A program made the translations under genes and the position numbers. The notes under the pieces are model-generated. The model searched no databases, had not been told where the DNA came from, and worked only from the letters and a program-made list of their open reading frames with translations. DNA of 64,000 bases from Escherichia phage WG01, in the sequence record NC_031928.1; one strand, 5' to 3'. Shown here in pieces: positions 27,712-40,863 of the stretch; positions within the stretch are counted from its first letter, which is position 1; every line of letters starts with the position of its first letter.

Positions 27712-28011
27712 TTACAGGACAAGCAGAGTTTCAGTCTGAAGGCCGTTAATAGAAATCAGCTTATCGAAACGGAATGAGCGCCAATCATTAACCTTGGTAT
27801 CAAATACTCTGATATAATTAACAGGTTCTTTATTGGCTTCTGGCCCAGGGGCCTGGACTTCTTTATACGGCAGCAGGTCTAAGTCGCGAGTACAAGTCAT
27901 ACGACGGGCACTACCATCAGCTTTTTCAAACAGGACTTCGTGAAAACCAACAGACAAAATAGTCTTGACTTTTTCACGGAGACGAATAGTTTCTTGTTCG
28001 GTTAAAATCAT
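27712..28011 (-). CDS. Hypothetical protein (31.1 position, 99 aa)
   Basis: ORF in conserved position upstream of gene 31. Confidence 0.55.
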   Translation of the reverse strand: MILTEQETIRLREKVKTILSVGFHEVLFEKADGSARRMTCTRDLDLLPYKEVQAPGPEANKEPVNYIRVFDTKVNDWRSFRFDKLISINGLQTETLLVL

Positions 28012-28013
28012 AA

Positions 28014-28247
28014 TTATTCCAGAATAGTTTTGATAGTGGTTGCATTACGCTCTTTTAGAGCTCTTAATAGGCTATGGCAATTATCAAGAATAGGCACCGT
28101 TTTATATTTCATTTCAGCGCGAACCCACTCGGATTTATAGTACGATTTCCAACGAGAGAAAAAGTACTTTTTATATTCTACTGAATAGGCTATCAGGTTT
28201 TCACCTTTTGAGTTCAGACCTGAAAATTTAACTAGACGAAATTTCAT
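28014..28247 (-). CDS. Hypothetical protein (77 aa)
   Basis: ORF between cd and the 31.1-position gene. Confidence 0.5.
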   Translation of the reverse strand: MKFRLVKFSGLNSKGENLIAYSVEYKKYFFSRWKSYYKSEWVRAEMKYKTVPILDNCHSLLRALKERNATTIKTILE

Positions 28248-28792
28248 TATTCACCACAATAGTTTTGAATTGATTCCCAGTTCAAAGAACGGAGACCTGT
28301 ACGATTATACTGGATAACTTCGATGCCTGATTCACGGAGGATATCGTCCCACCCTTCAGGATTTCGGTCATAGAGCTCAGCATAAACCAATGTTTTAATT
28401 CCAGACTGTGCAATAGACTTAGCACAATCAGCGCACGGAGATAACGTCACGTACATCGTAGCGCCATCAATAGAACTTCCGGTACGAGCTGCAAACAAAA
28501 TAGCATTCAGTTCGGCATGGATTTCATTTTTAGATGACCATGCAGCGTGAGCCATACGGTGTTCTTTAAGAAGAACGGATTTGTGCGACATCCGAGTTGG
28601 GTCATACACAACACGAGTCCAGTCTTGTTCTACAGCATGGTCGCAACAGTTAACACCACCGGAAGGTGAACCATTATAACCTGTAGAGATAATGCGGCCA
28701 TTCTTTTCGATAACCGCACCCACTTTCCATGAACAACATTTTGATTCTTGAGAAATCAGATATGCAATCTGAAGGTATGTGCTTGCTTTCAT
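28247..28792 (-). CDS. cd: dCMP deaminase
   Basis: 181 aa; zinc motifs HAE and PCADC (IHAELNAILFAAR...LSPCADCAKSI). Confidence 0.9.
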   Translation of the reverse strand: MKASTYLQIAYLISQESKCCSWKVGAVIEKNGRIISTGYNGSPSGGVNCCDHAVEQDWTRVVYDPTRMSHKSVLLKEHRMAHAAWSSKNEIHAELNAILFAARTGSSIDGATMYVTLSPCADCAKSIAQSGIKTLVYAELYDRNPEGWDDILRESGIEVIQYNRTGLRSLNWESIQNYCGE

Positions 28793-29022
28793 TCTATGAA
28801 CACTCGCTGCGCTTCGACCAGACCATCAGAACCAAGTTTCAACTGGGTAATCTGGCCGCCATTTTTAGGATTAACGATAACCAATACCGCACGTGGTGAT
28901 TCCTGAATTACTCGCAGAGTTGCATCAGGAAAATGTACAGAAACCTTATTAATCAGGGCCTGAGCAAATTCTTTAACTTTAACTTGGAACTGCTCTACAG
29001 TAATAGGTTGTTCGCTCAGCAT
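28789..29022 (-). CDS. Hypothetical protein (cd.1 position, 77 aa)
   Basis: ORF overlapping cd start by 4 nt. Confidence 0.5.
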   Translation of the reverse strand: MLSEQPITVEQFQVKVKEFAQALINKVSVHFPDATLRVIQESPRAVLVIVNPKNGGQITQLKLGSDGLVEAQRVFIE

Positions 29023-29576
29023 TAGATGGTCTCCAACTTAAGTTGTTTGGTAGTGGTAGCTTGGGTAACGTCGCCTTTAACAATATAACACACTTGTTGG
29101 AACGAACTGGTCAAAAGCTCTTCAGCCTGACGATCGGCTTGTTCCTTTGTGTTATGGCGAGAATGAACTTCAATCTTACCATTTTTAACAATAAGCACTT
29201 TCCAATCGGCCGGAGTTTTAATAGGTTTGATTTCAGGGTTCTGGAAAACTAACTGCAGTTCTTTAGGGTCTACCACTTCGATAAAGTATTCGAATTCATG
29301 GCTAAAAAAGCCTGATGAATTAAAAAGAACACTATTTGCATCATTAGGATTACCTGTCATTTTGCTCGGGTCGACAAACATCATCTCGTCATATACACGA
29401 ATTCGGCTTACACGTGGCTTCCCGTTATGGTAATCAATTTCAACTTCAAACGGATTCATACCCACATACTTAGCAAAAGCTGTATTGAGGCCATAAGCAC
29501 CGTTATTAGTGAATTTGTTTTTAGTGTATTCACCAACGAACTTATAAAACTTACGCTCTTCAAAGAACTGGCTCAT
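29022..29576 (-). CDS. Hypothetical protein (184 aa from MSQFFEERKF)
   Basis: ATG at 29576 preceded by SD GAGGAAAT and an early promoter; track ORF extends to 29687. Confidence 0.55.
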   Translation of the reverse strand: MSQFFEERKFYKFVGEYTKNKFTNNGAYGLNTAFAKYVGMNPFEVEIDYHNGKPRVSRIRVYDEMMFVDPSKMTGNPNDANSVLFNSSGFFSHEFEYFIEVVDPKELQLVFQNPEIKPIKTPADWKVLIVKNGKIEVHSRHNTKEQADRQAEELLTSSFQQVCYIVKGDVTQATTTKQLKLETI

Positions 29577-29606
29577 TTCGATTTCCTCATTTGTTTCGGT
29601 AGGACT

Positions 29607-29636
29607 ACTATACCACAGTCCTACCATAGTGTAAAC
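29607..29636 (-). promoter_or_regulatory. T4-type early promoter
   Basis: Minus GTTTAC, 18 nt, TATAGT. Confidence 0.45.
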
Positions 29637-29638
29637 AC

Positions 29639-29917
29639 TTAAATTGCTTCGACAACTACCGTTTGTTTCTGGAAGTCCATTTTGCATGAAATAGCCAAAA
29701 TGTGGTTATCAATTTTAAATGGGACAATTGCAATTGCTGCACCAGGCGTGAGTTGAACAGTGATTGCATCAACTGCATCCGGGAACATGATTTCCAGAAT
29801 AGCAGACAAACGACCATGCACCTTTAGTTCAGTCGACGTGTCGACGGGTTCGTATAGGTAATCAGATACAATCTGACTAAAAACTACTTTAACAATTTCA
29901 GAATAAGTAGGGAACAT
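29639..29917 (-). CDS. Hypothetical protein (92 aa)
   Basis: ORF in cd-pseT intergenic cluster. Confidence 0.5.
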   Translation of the reverse strand: MFPTYSEIVKVVFSQIVSDYLYEPVDTSTELKVHGRLSAILEIMFPDAVDAITVQLTPGAAIAIVPFKIDNHILAISCKMDFQKQTVVVEAI

Positions 29918-29924
29918 AATTACC

Positions 29925-30140
29925 TCAGTGTACTGTATGGACCTTCACGTTAACAATAAACCGGTCAACGACTTCAGTCAGAGGAACGAACTCAACATAG
30001 TACTCGCCTTTGTAACGTTCATTGAGGTCATTACGAAGGGCCGCTAGTGAGTTAATGAGGGTAGGAGACATATTCTGACCTACCAGTTTCTGAAGCTCTT
30101 TATAAGCTTCTTCTTCAACTTCGTGGTGTTTGTTATACAT
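29925..30140 (-). CDS. Hypothetical protein (71 aa from ATG at 30140)
   Basis: Track ORF 29925..30245 overlaps the upstream gene; internal ATG avoids overlap. Confidence 0.45.
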   Translation of the reverse strand: MYNKHHEVEEEAYKELQKLVGQNMSPTLINSLAALRNDLNERYKGEYYVEFVPLTEVVDRFIVNVKVHTVH

Positions 30141-30329
30141 AATGTTCTTCCAAGAAGGCAAGGAGTTCAGGAGCGGATTTAAAAATACCACCATCGACCT
30201 TGTCTTCATCTTTATAGTCCATAACATCCAGGCCAATACGTCCATCAGTTAAAGGCCATACGCCGAAGAAAAAGCATTTACGTTTTTCAATTTCTTCGAT
30301 TGTACGAAAAATCTTTTCGATATTATTCA

Positions 30330-30330
<1 letters not shown>
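30133..30330 (-). CDS. Hypothetical protein (65 aa)
   Basis: ORF immediately downstream of pseT. Confidence 0.45.
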
Positions 30331-31530
<1,200 letters not shown>

Positions 31531-31534
<4 letters not shown>

Positions 31535-32013
31535 ACACCAAGTTCCTTATAAAGTTCTTCACGGCAAGTTTTAAGGGTTTTACCTGATTCGTAAGCAACA
31601 CTTTCAGGAACATCACCGAGGGTTACTGCGGATTGCATTTGTCCATGGCGTTTAGCCGCATATTCAAAACTTTTTACTAGCTCGCGAATACGTTCTTTTT
31701 CATTGTACTCTTCAATGAATTCAGGGTATTCCCAAACCGGGCGCATCATACGATACCACTGTTGGATGGTGATATAATTACTTCCATTCAAATTAATAAT
31801 CTGCGAAGGCTCAATAGACCCTGGAGCATAAAAAGTTACCTGTCTTACTACATCAATACCGTCCACAATAGCCCAAGCAAAATTGAAAGTTGCCTTCTTT
31901 TCAAGCGGTGTACTTGCACAGGACCCTAATTTTAAGAGCTTTTGTAATACAGGAGATTTAACGCCTGAAATGTATTCAGGCTTAGCCACAAAACTGTTAT
32001 CACGTAAAGTCAT
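31531..32013 (-). CDS. Hypothetical protein (160 aa from MTLRDNSF)
   Basis: ATG at 32013 with SD GAGGAAAT; track ORF extends to 32049. Confidence 0.5.
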
Positions 32014-32076
32014 AATAATTTCCTCAAATTTTATAATCCGTAGGAGCATTATACTCTGCTCCCAAGAGTTTGTAAA

Positions 32077-32184
32077 CTACTTTCCGAAAAGACCGCCAAT
32101 ACATATACTAATCAGAATTCCAAAACAAAAGCAGACAAAACCAAATCTAACAATATCCCATCCATCAGTACACGCTTCAATCAT
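32077..32184 (-). CDS. Possible small membrane protein (35 aa) overlapping the o-spanin 3' end
   Basis: Internal ATG of track ORF 32077..32271; C-terminal hydrophobic stretch FGFVCFCFGILISICIGGLF. Confidence 0.25.
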   Translation of the reverse strand: MIEACTDGWDIVRFGFVCFCFGILISICIGGLFGK

Positions 32185-32471
32185 TTGCACTTCTCCTCTT
32201 TTAGACCGGAACGATAATAACATAACATGGATTTCTGGTCTTGTACATATCTTTTTACGTCGTTCAACCAAATACGATGTTCTTGGGAATCTTCAAATGG
32301 CATTCCAACCCAGGCCTTACCGTCGATTACCTTAACCTGCCATTTAACATTATGTTCGGCGATAGGTTGTGGCCACGAAGGATGTAGTTGTTGCTTAGGC
32401 ACTACAGGGATGTCCTGGGCACATCCAACTAACAAGCCAATAGATAATACTACTACAGATAATTTAATCAT
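32181..32471 (-). CDS. o-spanin (outer-membrane lipoprotein), pseT.2 equivalent
   Basis: Signal peptide with lipobox LVGC; paired with upstream i-spanin. Confidence 0.8.
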   Translation of the reverse strand: MIKLSVVVLSIGLLVGCAQDIPVVPKQQLHPSWPQPIAEHNVKWQVKVIDGKAWVGMPFEDSQEHRIWLNDVKRYVQDQKSMLCYYRSGLKEEKCK

Positions 32472-32821
32472 TCTGTAATGCTCCTGAAGTCTTCTGTAAA
32501 GGAATCGAAGGACTTGTTGATTTGTTTTTCGACCAATCCTGGCTTACTTGCCACCACGTGCGCCTTCTTCGAATCTTTACGGAGCTTTTCATTTTCTACC
32601 TTAATTTTATCCATTCGGGCATTCATTTCAGTAGTACGGAATTCAATATCAGAGTATTGGCCACGTAGGTCATCTACGGCTTCGGCATTCTGTTTGGCCG
32701 TTTGCTGGGTTGTTTTCAGTTCTTCAGTAAGGGTATCAATACGACTTGATTGATACGAAATAAAACCATAAGCACCTACTGCAATGGCTCCAGCTAAAAG
32801 GTAAATACTTAATTTAGACAT
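32468..32821 (-). CDS. i-spanin (inner-membrane spanin), pseT.3 equivalent
   Basis: N-terminal TMD LLAGAIAVGAYGFI followed by coiled-coil region; stop overlaps o-spanin start. Confidence 0.8.
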   Translation of the reverse strand: MSKLSIYLLAGAIAVGAYGFISYQSSRIDTLTEELKTTQQTAKQNAEAVDDLRGQYSDIEFRTTEMNARMDKIKVENEKLRKDSKKAHVVASKPGLVEKQINKSFDSFTEDFRSITE

Positions 32822-33309
32822 TTGGTAATAATCTCGATGATGTCATCACGTGACAGGGAATTAATAAGAACCGTTTTAGGATTTTCACACTGAATTTTAT
32901 ACGTTTCAAACATAAAACATAATTCTTCAGCAGTATGGTAAGGACTTGAAATGCCAAGGCGATTAAACTTGTCGCTTAATGGGTCGCAAATCAAATAGAA
33001 CGTGATGCCTGAGATTTTAACATTAGGTTGGCTAATATTAATAAACACCTCGGCATCGTATTTGGAAAGGTTGTTTTGGAGAAACTCGACCATAGAGTTA
33101 ACAGCTTGAGGCATTGCTTCACGCTTTTCTTCAGCGTAACGGGTAGAGTATTCTTTTTGCTTGATTTTCTTTTTAGCATTTTTAGCTAAAGTAACACGAA
33201 GATCGGTCAGGTAACCTACTGCACGAGAACCTTTAAAAACTTGGATGCCGTCAGTAGAGTCACCAAAAGCCTTAACAACCATTTCGTTAGTAATCATTTG
33301 CATATTCAT
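32809..33309 (-). CDS. alc: Alc-like protein (host transcription shutoff)
   Basis: 166 aa (T4 Alc 167 aa); position between spanins and rnlA as in T4. Confidence 0.55.
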   Translation of the reverse strand: MNMQMITNEMVVKAFGDSTDGIQVFKGSRAVGYLTDLRVTLAKNAKKKIKQKEYSTRYAEEKREAMPQAVNSMVEFLQNNLSKYDAEVFINISQPNVKISGITFYLICDPLSDKFNRLGISSPYHTAEELCFMFETYKIQCENPKTVLINSLSRDDIIEIITKCLN

Positions 33310-33339
33310 TTTGTTTTCTCCTCATTAGTTGGTAAGTCT

Positions 33340-33368
33340 ATACTAACACGTCATGAGGAGATGTAAAC
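33340..33368 (-). promoter_or_regulatory. T4-type early promoter for alc
   Basis: Minus GTTTAC, 17 nt, TAGTAT, conserved leader CTAATGAGGAGAAAA. Confidence 0.5.
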
Positions 33369-34516
33369 TACTCTACCACAATTTCTTTCAAATATTTTTC
33401 AGGGATTTGGGCCTTATGATTTTTCAAGAACACAGAGTTAATCTGGTCCATGACCGTATCATAATTAATACCGCCTACGTACGCCTGCATAAGAATAGAG
33501 AACAACCCTGGGAAGTCCTTAAGGATTAGCTGTCCAGTAACGGCATAGTCTTTACGGTCGCGACCTTTGAGTTGAGAGTAAGCTGCTTCTAACAAGGCTA
33601 ATGATTGTTCTAGGTAATCTAAATGGATGCGTTCAAAGGCATCGATTTTCTCGATAGCAAAGGAATCTGTACTGAACAGACCACGAAGGTCATCAGTTCC
33701 ACCAGCCACTACAACTTCAAACAAACGTTCGTTGTTGTTAATGGAATCTTTGGTATGATGCAGTGCACTGTACCAGGCGGTTTTGAGTTTAAAGAACGTA
33801 CCATCTTTCAGTACAAAGATGAAACCTTCAATACCTTCTTGTTTACGGATGTTTTCTACGAAATCACCTTCAGCGAGGTCATAGCTTTCAACCAAATGCT
33901 TACGCAGGGCCCCATCTTTAAACAATTCAGCATACGGAATATATTCACCTGTTTCATTATTACGAACGTTTAACAGGATGAGGTTTGTTTCTTGGTAAGC
34001 CAGCACGATACGGTTGGTAGGTGCTACATATTCAAGGTTGCAGGTATACCCAGCTTTGGTGATTTCTTCTAGACGTGCGGCAAAAGCCTCGTTCTCAGGG
34101 AGACGAAGGAACCGTAAAGAATCATGCACCATTGATGAATGGATAGAGCCTTTAGATTTAACAGAAAGATACTGTCGGTCCATGAATGTAGAAATCAGAG
34201 AACCATCTTCCTTAGCCATTACGAGGTCGATATTTTCTGGCGACAAATCTAGACCGATAGTCATAGGGTTTTCGTCGAGGTTAAAGAACTTTTGCATAGG
34301 ACGAGCGGCAATACGTACAGGACCTTTCTCGTCCATTTCAAACATAATGCCTCGGCACTCTAGTGCGCCGTCTTCCAACCAATCACTGTATGATGCGTAG
34401 TTATAACTAAAGATGCGATAGTTGACTCCTAGAGCACTCTGAAAGTCTTTAAAGAAGAACTTAGATTTAGTCGAGTTTTTAACCAGGGCCATCAAGTTAT
34501 CATATAATTCAATCAT
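33368..34516 (-). CDS. rnlA: RNA ligase 1 (Rnl1)
   Basis: 382 aa; YRIFSYNYASYSDWLEDGALECRGIMFEMD matches remembered T4 Rnl1. Confidence 0.93.
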   Translation of the reverse strand: MIELYDNLMALVKNSTKSKFFFKDFQSALGVNYRIFSYNYASYSDWLEDGALECRGIMFEMDEKGPVRIAARPMQKFFNLDENPMTIGLDLSPENIDLVMAKEDGSLISTFMDRQYLSVKSKGSIHSSMVHDSLRFLRLPENEAFAARLEEITKAGYTCNLEYVAPTNRIVLAYQETNLILLNVRNNETGEYIPYAELFKDGALRKHLVESYDLAEGDFVENIRKQEGIEGFIFVLKDGTFFKLKTAWYSALHHTKDSINNNERLFEVVVAGGTDDLRGLFSTDSFAIEKIDAFERIHLDYLEQSLALLEAAYSQLKGRDRKDYAVTGQLILKDFPGLFSILMQAYVGGINYDTVMDQINSVFLKNHKAQIPEKYLKEIVVE

Positions 34517-34926
34517 TGCTTTATCCTATGTTGGGTATTCCAAGGTGGATTAAATTTCTTTATGAACATTGGCTCTTCAAGAGACATGGTCTCAACTGAC
34601 ATAGTTCCAAGTTCGTTAGTCATCGACAGATTAAAGCACTGCCGTGCATAGAACTCTACCTTTTTACCTGCCATTAATGCTTCATGAATCAGAATGGACT
34701 TGGTCGAATCTGACGTTTGGTCCTTACGATTAATAGCGGTTCGGTAGTAGTTGATGCGCTTACGAAGATTTTTAGTCTTCCCGATGTAGACTAGTATATC
34801 ATCAACCGCTATAGCATATATGACATTTTGTTTATTTGGTACTGTGAGTGGAGCAATGCTGGCGTCATCTTGGAGTTCTAGGGTGACGTACTTGATAAAG
34901 CTAAATTCGTCTGCGATTTCTTTCAT
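34513..34926 (-). CDS. denA: Endonuclease II (GIY-YIG family)
   Basis: VIYAIAVDDILVYIGKT GIY-YIG-like motif; start placed at MKEIADEF (track ORF to 34950 includes a hairpin). Confidence 0.75.
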   Translation of the reverse strand: MKEIADEFSFIKYVTLELQDDASIAPLTVPNKQNVIYAIAVDDILVYIGKTKNLRKRINYYRTAINRKDQTSDSTKSILIHEALMAGKKVEFYARQCFNLSMTNELGTMSVETMSLEEPMFIKKFNPPWNTQHRIKQ

Positions 34927-34930
34927 AGCA

Positions 34931-34947
34931 ATAAGGGGCCGAAGCCC
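34931..34947 (-). terminator. UUCG hairpin between nrdB and denA
   Basis: GGGGC-UUCG-GCCCC immediately downstream of nrdB stop. Confidence 0.45.
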
Positions 34948-34953
34948 CATTCC

Positions 34954-36162
34954 TTAAAAATATTTCTTGTACGATGCCATTACTTTTTCATCGACATCGT
35001 TATCAATTTGTGCTACAAGGTAAGAACTGATTTCCACTTCCTGAGGAGCAGCCTGTACAGCATCAGAGTTCAGGTATTCGCGAATCCAAGGATAAGGATG
35101 GCGGGCAGGAGCATCGGTAATAGGACACGGTAAGCCACATTGCTTCATACGAGAAACTGTCAGGTAATCGACAAAAGCACCCATGTTCTGAGTATTTAAT
35201 CCAGGGCAAGTACCATCTTTGAACAGGTGAGCAGCCCATTCTTTTTCTTGACGGTTAACTTCCATGAAAATATCAACTGCTTCTTGTTCACACTCTTGAG
35301 CAATTTTAACCCATTCGTCACCGTCAGTACCAAGTTGGAGTTGACGAATAATGTACTGAGTACCTTTAAGGTGAAGCTGTTCATCACGTGCAATGAACTT
35401 CATAATCTTAGCATTACCTTCCATGATTTCCATGTTTTTATGGAAGTTAAAGGTGCATGCGAAAGATACATAAAAACGAATAGCTTCCAATGCGTTGATT
35501 ACATGAAGGCAAAGGTAAAGGGATTTCATTAGCTCACGCTTCCAATACATCTCATGCTCAATAGCATCTTCAATATCGTCTTCGTCTGCATTAATTTCTT
35601 TTTGGTATTCGATATCAGCTTTAGCATTCTGCCAATAGCGAGTTTTCTCAATAACGTCGTCGTAATAACGACCAATAGATTCAGCACGTTTCATAATAGC
35701 GTCATCTAACAGAATTTCATCAAATACCTTTGACGGGTCTGTATAGAGGTTACGCATGATATGGGTATATGAACGAGAGTGAATAGTCTCACTAAAGGTC
35801 CATGTAGCCACCCATGTATCAAGGCTAGGGTCTGAAATCAAGGCTTGAAGTGCAGCAGAAGGAGCACGTCCTTGGATACTATCCAGAAGTGATTGATACT
35901 TCAGGTTATTGGTAAAAATATTTTGTTGGAATTGTGGAAGCTTATTAAATTGAGCAGCATCCATCATCAAGTTGACTTCTTCTGGACGCCAGAAAAAACT
36001 CAACTGCTTTTCACAAAGCTCTTCGAATACTTTATGACGTTGGATATCATAACGAGCAATACCCAATCCTGAACCAAAGAACATCGGTTCGGCTAAAACA
36101 TCAACTGGGGTGGTATTAAAAACTGTAGACATGTTATTCTCATTTGTTAGTGACTCATCCAT
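34954..36162 (-). CDS. nrdB: Ribonucleotide reductase small subunit, uninterrupted
   Basis: 402 aa continuous ORF; ferritin-like diiron subunit; no intron-sized gap. Confidence 0.9.
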   Translation of the reverse strand: MDESLTNENNMSTVFNTTPVDVLAEPMFFGSGLGIARYDIQRHKVFEELCEKQLSFFWRPEEVNLMMDAAQFNKLPQFQQNIFTNNLKYQSLLDSIQGRAPSAALQALISDPSLDTWVATWTFSETIHSRSYTHIMRNLYTDPSKVFDEILLDDAIMKRAESIGRYYDDVIEKTRYWQNAKADIEYQKEINADEDDIEDAIEHEMYWKRELMKSLYLCLHVINALEAIRFYVSFACTFNFHKNMEIMEGNAKIMKFIARDEQLHLKGTQYIIRQLQLGTDGDEWVKIAQECEQEAVDIFMEVNRQEKEWAAHLFKDGTCPGLNTQNMGAFVDYLTVSRMKQCGLPCPITDAPARHPYPWIREYLNSDAVQAAPQEVEISSYLVAQIDNDVDEKVMASYKKYF

Positions 36163-36185
36163 GAGCCAATTATAATCAGATTTTA

Positions 36186-38441
36186 TTAAAGCTTACAAGC
36201 TGCACAATCGTCGGCTTTAGGAGTTTCGATTTCATAGTCATCAGTACCAGAGCCATCACGGGTATTATGATAGTAAAGGTTCTTACCACCGTAGTACCAG
36301 AAATACAGCAGGTCATCAAGCATTACCGACATCGGAACTTTTCCTTTTGGAAAAATCTGTGGGTCATAATATGTATTAGCTGATGCCGATTGACACACCC
36401 ATTTCAACGCTATTGCCACTTGGGTAAGATAAGGTTTATTACCTTTCTTAGCGAGGCTCCAAGCGTAATCGTAGAGTCCTTGGTTATGTTCTACATTAGG
36501 AACTACCTGACGGAAGTTACCTTCTTTAGATTCTTTAATACTTACCGGACCACGTGGAGGTTCGATACCGTTTGTAGAGTTGGAAACCTGGCTGCTTGAT
36601 TCACACGGCATAAGTGCTGATAATGTGCTATTACGGATGCCATGTTTAGCCAAGTCTTCCCGCAACGACGTCCAGTCACAAACATAGTTAGGGGCTGCGA
36701 TTTGGTCAATCTTTTTATTGTACCAGTCGATAGGTAATTCGCCTCGAGACCATTTAGTGTCTGAATAATACTCGCAATGTCCTTTTTCTTCGGCCAGCTT
36801 GATGGATGCTCGGATAAGTCCATATTGTAATCTCTCAAACAATTCATGAGTTAAATCGTTAGCGTCTTCATAAGAAGCAAAGTTGCTTGCTAACCAAGCG
36901 GCGTAGTTCGTAACACCAATACCCAGGTTACGACGTTTCTTAGCCTTCAGAGCTTCAGGAACAGGATAATCTTGGTAGTCCAACAGGTTATCAAGTGCAC
37001 GTACCTGGACTTCAGCAAGTTCGTTGATTTTGTCTTGGTCCTGCCAATCGAAGTTATCCAGCACAAATGCAGACAACGTACACAATCCGATTTCAGCGTC
37101 CGGACTATTCACATCAGTAGTTGGGATAGCAATTTCACAACACAAGTTGCTCTGGCGAATAGGAGCTTTCTCACGAATAAATGGTGTGAAGTTGTTAGTG
37201 TTATCAACGAATTGAGGATAAATTCGTGCAGTGCCTGAACGTTCAGTCATGAACAATTCAAAGAGGTCACGTGCCTTAATACGTTTCTTACGAATACTAG
37301 GGTCTTTTTCTGCGGCTTCATACAATTCACGGAAACGGTCTTGGTCTTCGAAATAAGAATAGTAAAGCTCACCACCCATTTCATGAGGACTAAACAGAGT
37401 AATGTAATCATTCTTACCGAAACGTTCCATCATCAGGTCGTTCAACTGGATTCCATAGTCCATATGACGAATACGGTTCTCATCGACACCCTTGTTGTTT
37501 TTCAGAACGAGCAGATTTTCAACTTCCAAATGCCAAATAGGATAATAAGCAGTAGCAGCGCCGCCACGGATTCCACCTTGTGAACATGATTTAACAGCAG
37601 TCTGGAAATGTTTCCAGAATGGAATAACACCGGTATGCTTGACTTCGCCCATGCCAATACGAGAACCTTCAGCACGAATCATACCAACGTTGATACCAAT
37701 ACCGGCACGTTTAGAAATGTATTCAATTATTGAGTTAGCAGTTTTGTTAATAGATTTCAGTGAGTCGCCTGCTTCAATAACCACACAAGAACTAAATTGA
37801 CGGGTTGGTGTACGTGCTCCAGCCATAATAGGAGTTGGTAATGAAACCTGACGGGTACTTACAGCATCATAAAAACGAATAATATGTGCTAAACGATTAC
37901 CCGGCTCGTCTTGGTGTAAGGCCATACCAATACACATGATAGCGAACTGAGGGGTTTCGTAGATTTTACCGGTTGTTTTATCTTTAACCAGATATTTCTC
38001 TTTAAGCTGCATCGCACCAGCATAAGTCAATTCGAAATCGCGTTCATGCTTTATATGAGATTCTAAGAAAGTAATTTCTTCTGCAGAATATCGAGACAAC
38101 AATTCAGGGTCATATTTACCTTCGTTAACACAATAGGAAATATGGTCGATAAAGCTACGTGGTTCGAACTGCCCATAAACTTCTTTACGCAGTGCAAACA
38201 TCAATTCTTTTGCAGCAACATATTGGTAATCAGGCTCTTCAACCGAGATAAGGTTGGCTGCTACCTTAACAGTCAGATTTTGGATATCTTTGGTAGTCAT
38301 ACCGTCACGAAGATGGGATTTGATTTCTTCGTATAATTCATAGGGGTCGATTTGGGTTCCTTCACAGCCCCAAGTCAGAACTTTAATAATTTTTTGTGCG
38401 TCAAAATCTTGGGATACACCACTACTTTTTTGTACTTGCAT
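36186..38441 (-). CDS. nrdA: Ribonucleotide reductase large subunit
   Basis: 751 aa (T4 NrdA 754 aa); C-terminal CxxC-type tail. Confidence 0.93.
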   Translation of the reverse strand: MQVQKSSGVSQDFDAQKIIKVLTWGCEGTQIDPYELYEEIKSHLRDGMTTKDIQNLTVKVAANLISVEEPDYQYVAAKELMFALRKEVYGQFEPRSFIDHISYCVNEGKYDPELLSRYSAEEITFLESHIKHERDFELTYAGAMQLKEKYLVKDKTTGKIYETPQFAIMCIGMALHQDEPGNRLAHIIRFYDAVSTRQVSLPTPIMAGARTPTRQFSSCVVIEAGDSLKSINKTANSIIEYISKRAGIGINVGMIRAEGSRIGMGEVKHTGVIPFWKHFQTAVKSCSQGGIRGGAATAYYPIWHLEVENLLVLKNNKGVDENRIRHMDYGIQLNDLMMERFGKNDYITLFSPHEMGGELYYSYFEDQDRFRELYEAAEKDPSIRKKRIKARDLFELFMTERSGTARIYPQFVDNTNNFTPFIREKAPIRQSNLCCEIAIPTTDVNSPDAEIGLCTLSAFVLDNFDWQDQDKINELAEVQVRALDNLLDYQDYPVPEALKAKKRRNLGIGVTNYAAWLASNFASYEDANDLTHELFERLQYGLIRASIKLAEEKGHCEYYSDTKWSRGELPIDWYNKKIDQIAAPNYVCDWTSLREDLAKHGIRNSTLSALMPCESSSQVSNSTNGIEPPRGPVSIKESKEGNFRQVVPNVEHNQGLYDYAWSLAKKGNKPYLTQVAIALKWVCQSASANTYYDPQIFPKGKVPMSVMLDDLLYFWYYGGKNLYYHNTRDGSGTDDYEIETPKADDCAACKL

Positions 38442-38471
38442 AATTTCCTCAATATGTTAGGTTCTATAATT

Positions 38472-38498
38472 ATTCTATCATAGAACCTGTTAAGCATG
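38472..38498 (-). promoter_or_regulatory. MotA-dependent middle promoter for nrdA
   Basis: Minus ATGCTTAA (MotA box, 1 mismatch), 12 nt, TAGAAT, SD GAGGAAAT. Confidence 0.5.
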
Positions 38499-38862
38499 GA
38501 CTGATATTTATAGGTCTTCTAATGAGAACGTGTCTTTGAAAAGTTTGTTAACAACCAGGGCTATCATATCCCCATGACAGTCCTTAGGTTTACAGGTACA
38601 CGCTATACGCATACCTCTAAGGGTTTCAAGATGTTCTCTTTTAATTTCGCCCGATTTTATTTTAGCAATAAAGTATTCTTTAAAGTTCTTGATGTTTTCC
38701 TCGCGGGTTCCATCTTTAAATGGATTACCCCACATAGTTCCACGTTGGATATTGACATCAAAGTCTTCTTTATACTTGTTAACAACTCTGCAAACTCTCA
38801 TTATAGCACCAAATTCAGCCCAACCATAATAACCAAAAACAGAGTACAGATTATTTGAATTT

Positions 38863-40548
<1,686 letters not shown>

Positions 40549-40573
40549 TTTATTCTCCTTAGTTGATAAGGCT

Positions 40574-40603
40574 ATAGTATCACTACCATAGCCTGGTGTA
40601 AAC
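40574..40603 (-). promoter_or_regulatory. T4-type early promoter cassette
   Basis: Minus GTTTAC, 18 nt, TACTAT, leader CTTATCAACTAAGGAGAA. Confidence 0.5.
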
Positions 40604-40831
40604 TTATTTTTGAATTAGGCCCATATAAAATTTAGCGTCTTCCGGGTGCATACCGTCACAATACTCGTCAGCCATAAAGCGGGTAAGGTCTTCAAGAGGA
40701 CCTTGGACTTCAATTTGCATACTACAGAATTGAGTATCTTTAATATGGGTCATAACTAAAGAAGGATAACGATTACGGATAACTTCGTAAGTGTATTCAA
40801 AATCAACGATATCAATATTAACCTTAGCCAT
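40604..40831 (-). CDS. Hypothetical protein (75 aa from MAKVNIDIV)
   Basis: Second ATG chosen because the first lies inside the conserved promoter leader. Confidence 0.5.
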   Translation of the reverse strand: MAKVNIDIVDFEYTYEVIRNRYPSLVMTHIKDTQFCSMQIEVQGPLEDLTRFMADEYCDGMHPEDAKFYMGLIQK

Positions 40832-40863
40832 TTTATTTTCCTCACTCATTAGTTGATAGGTCT

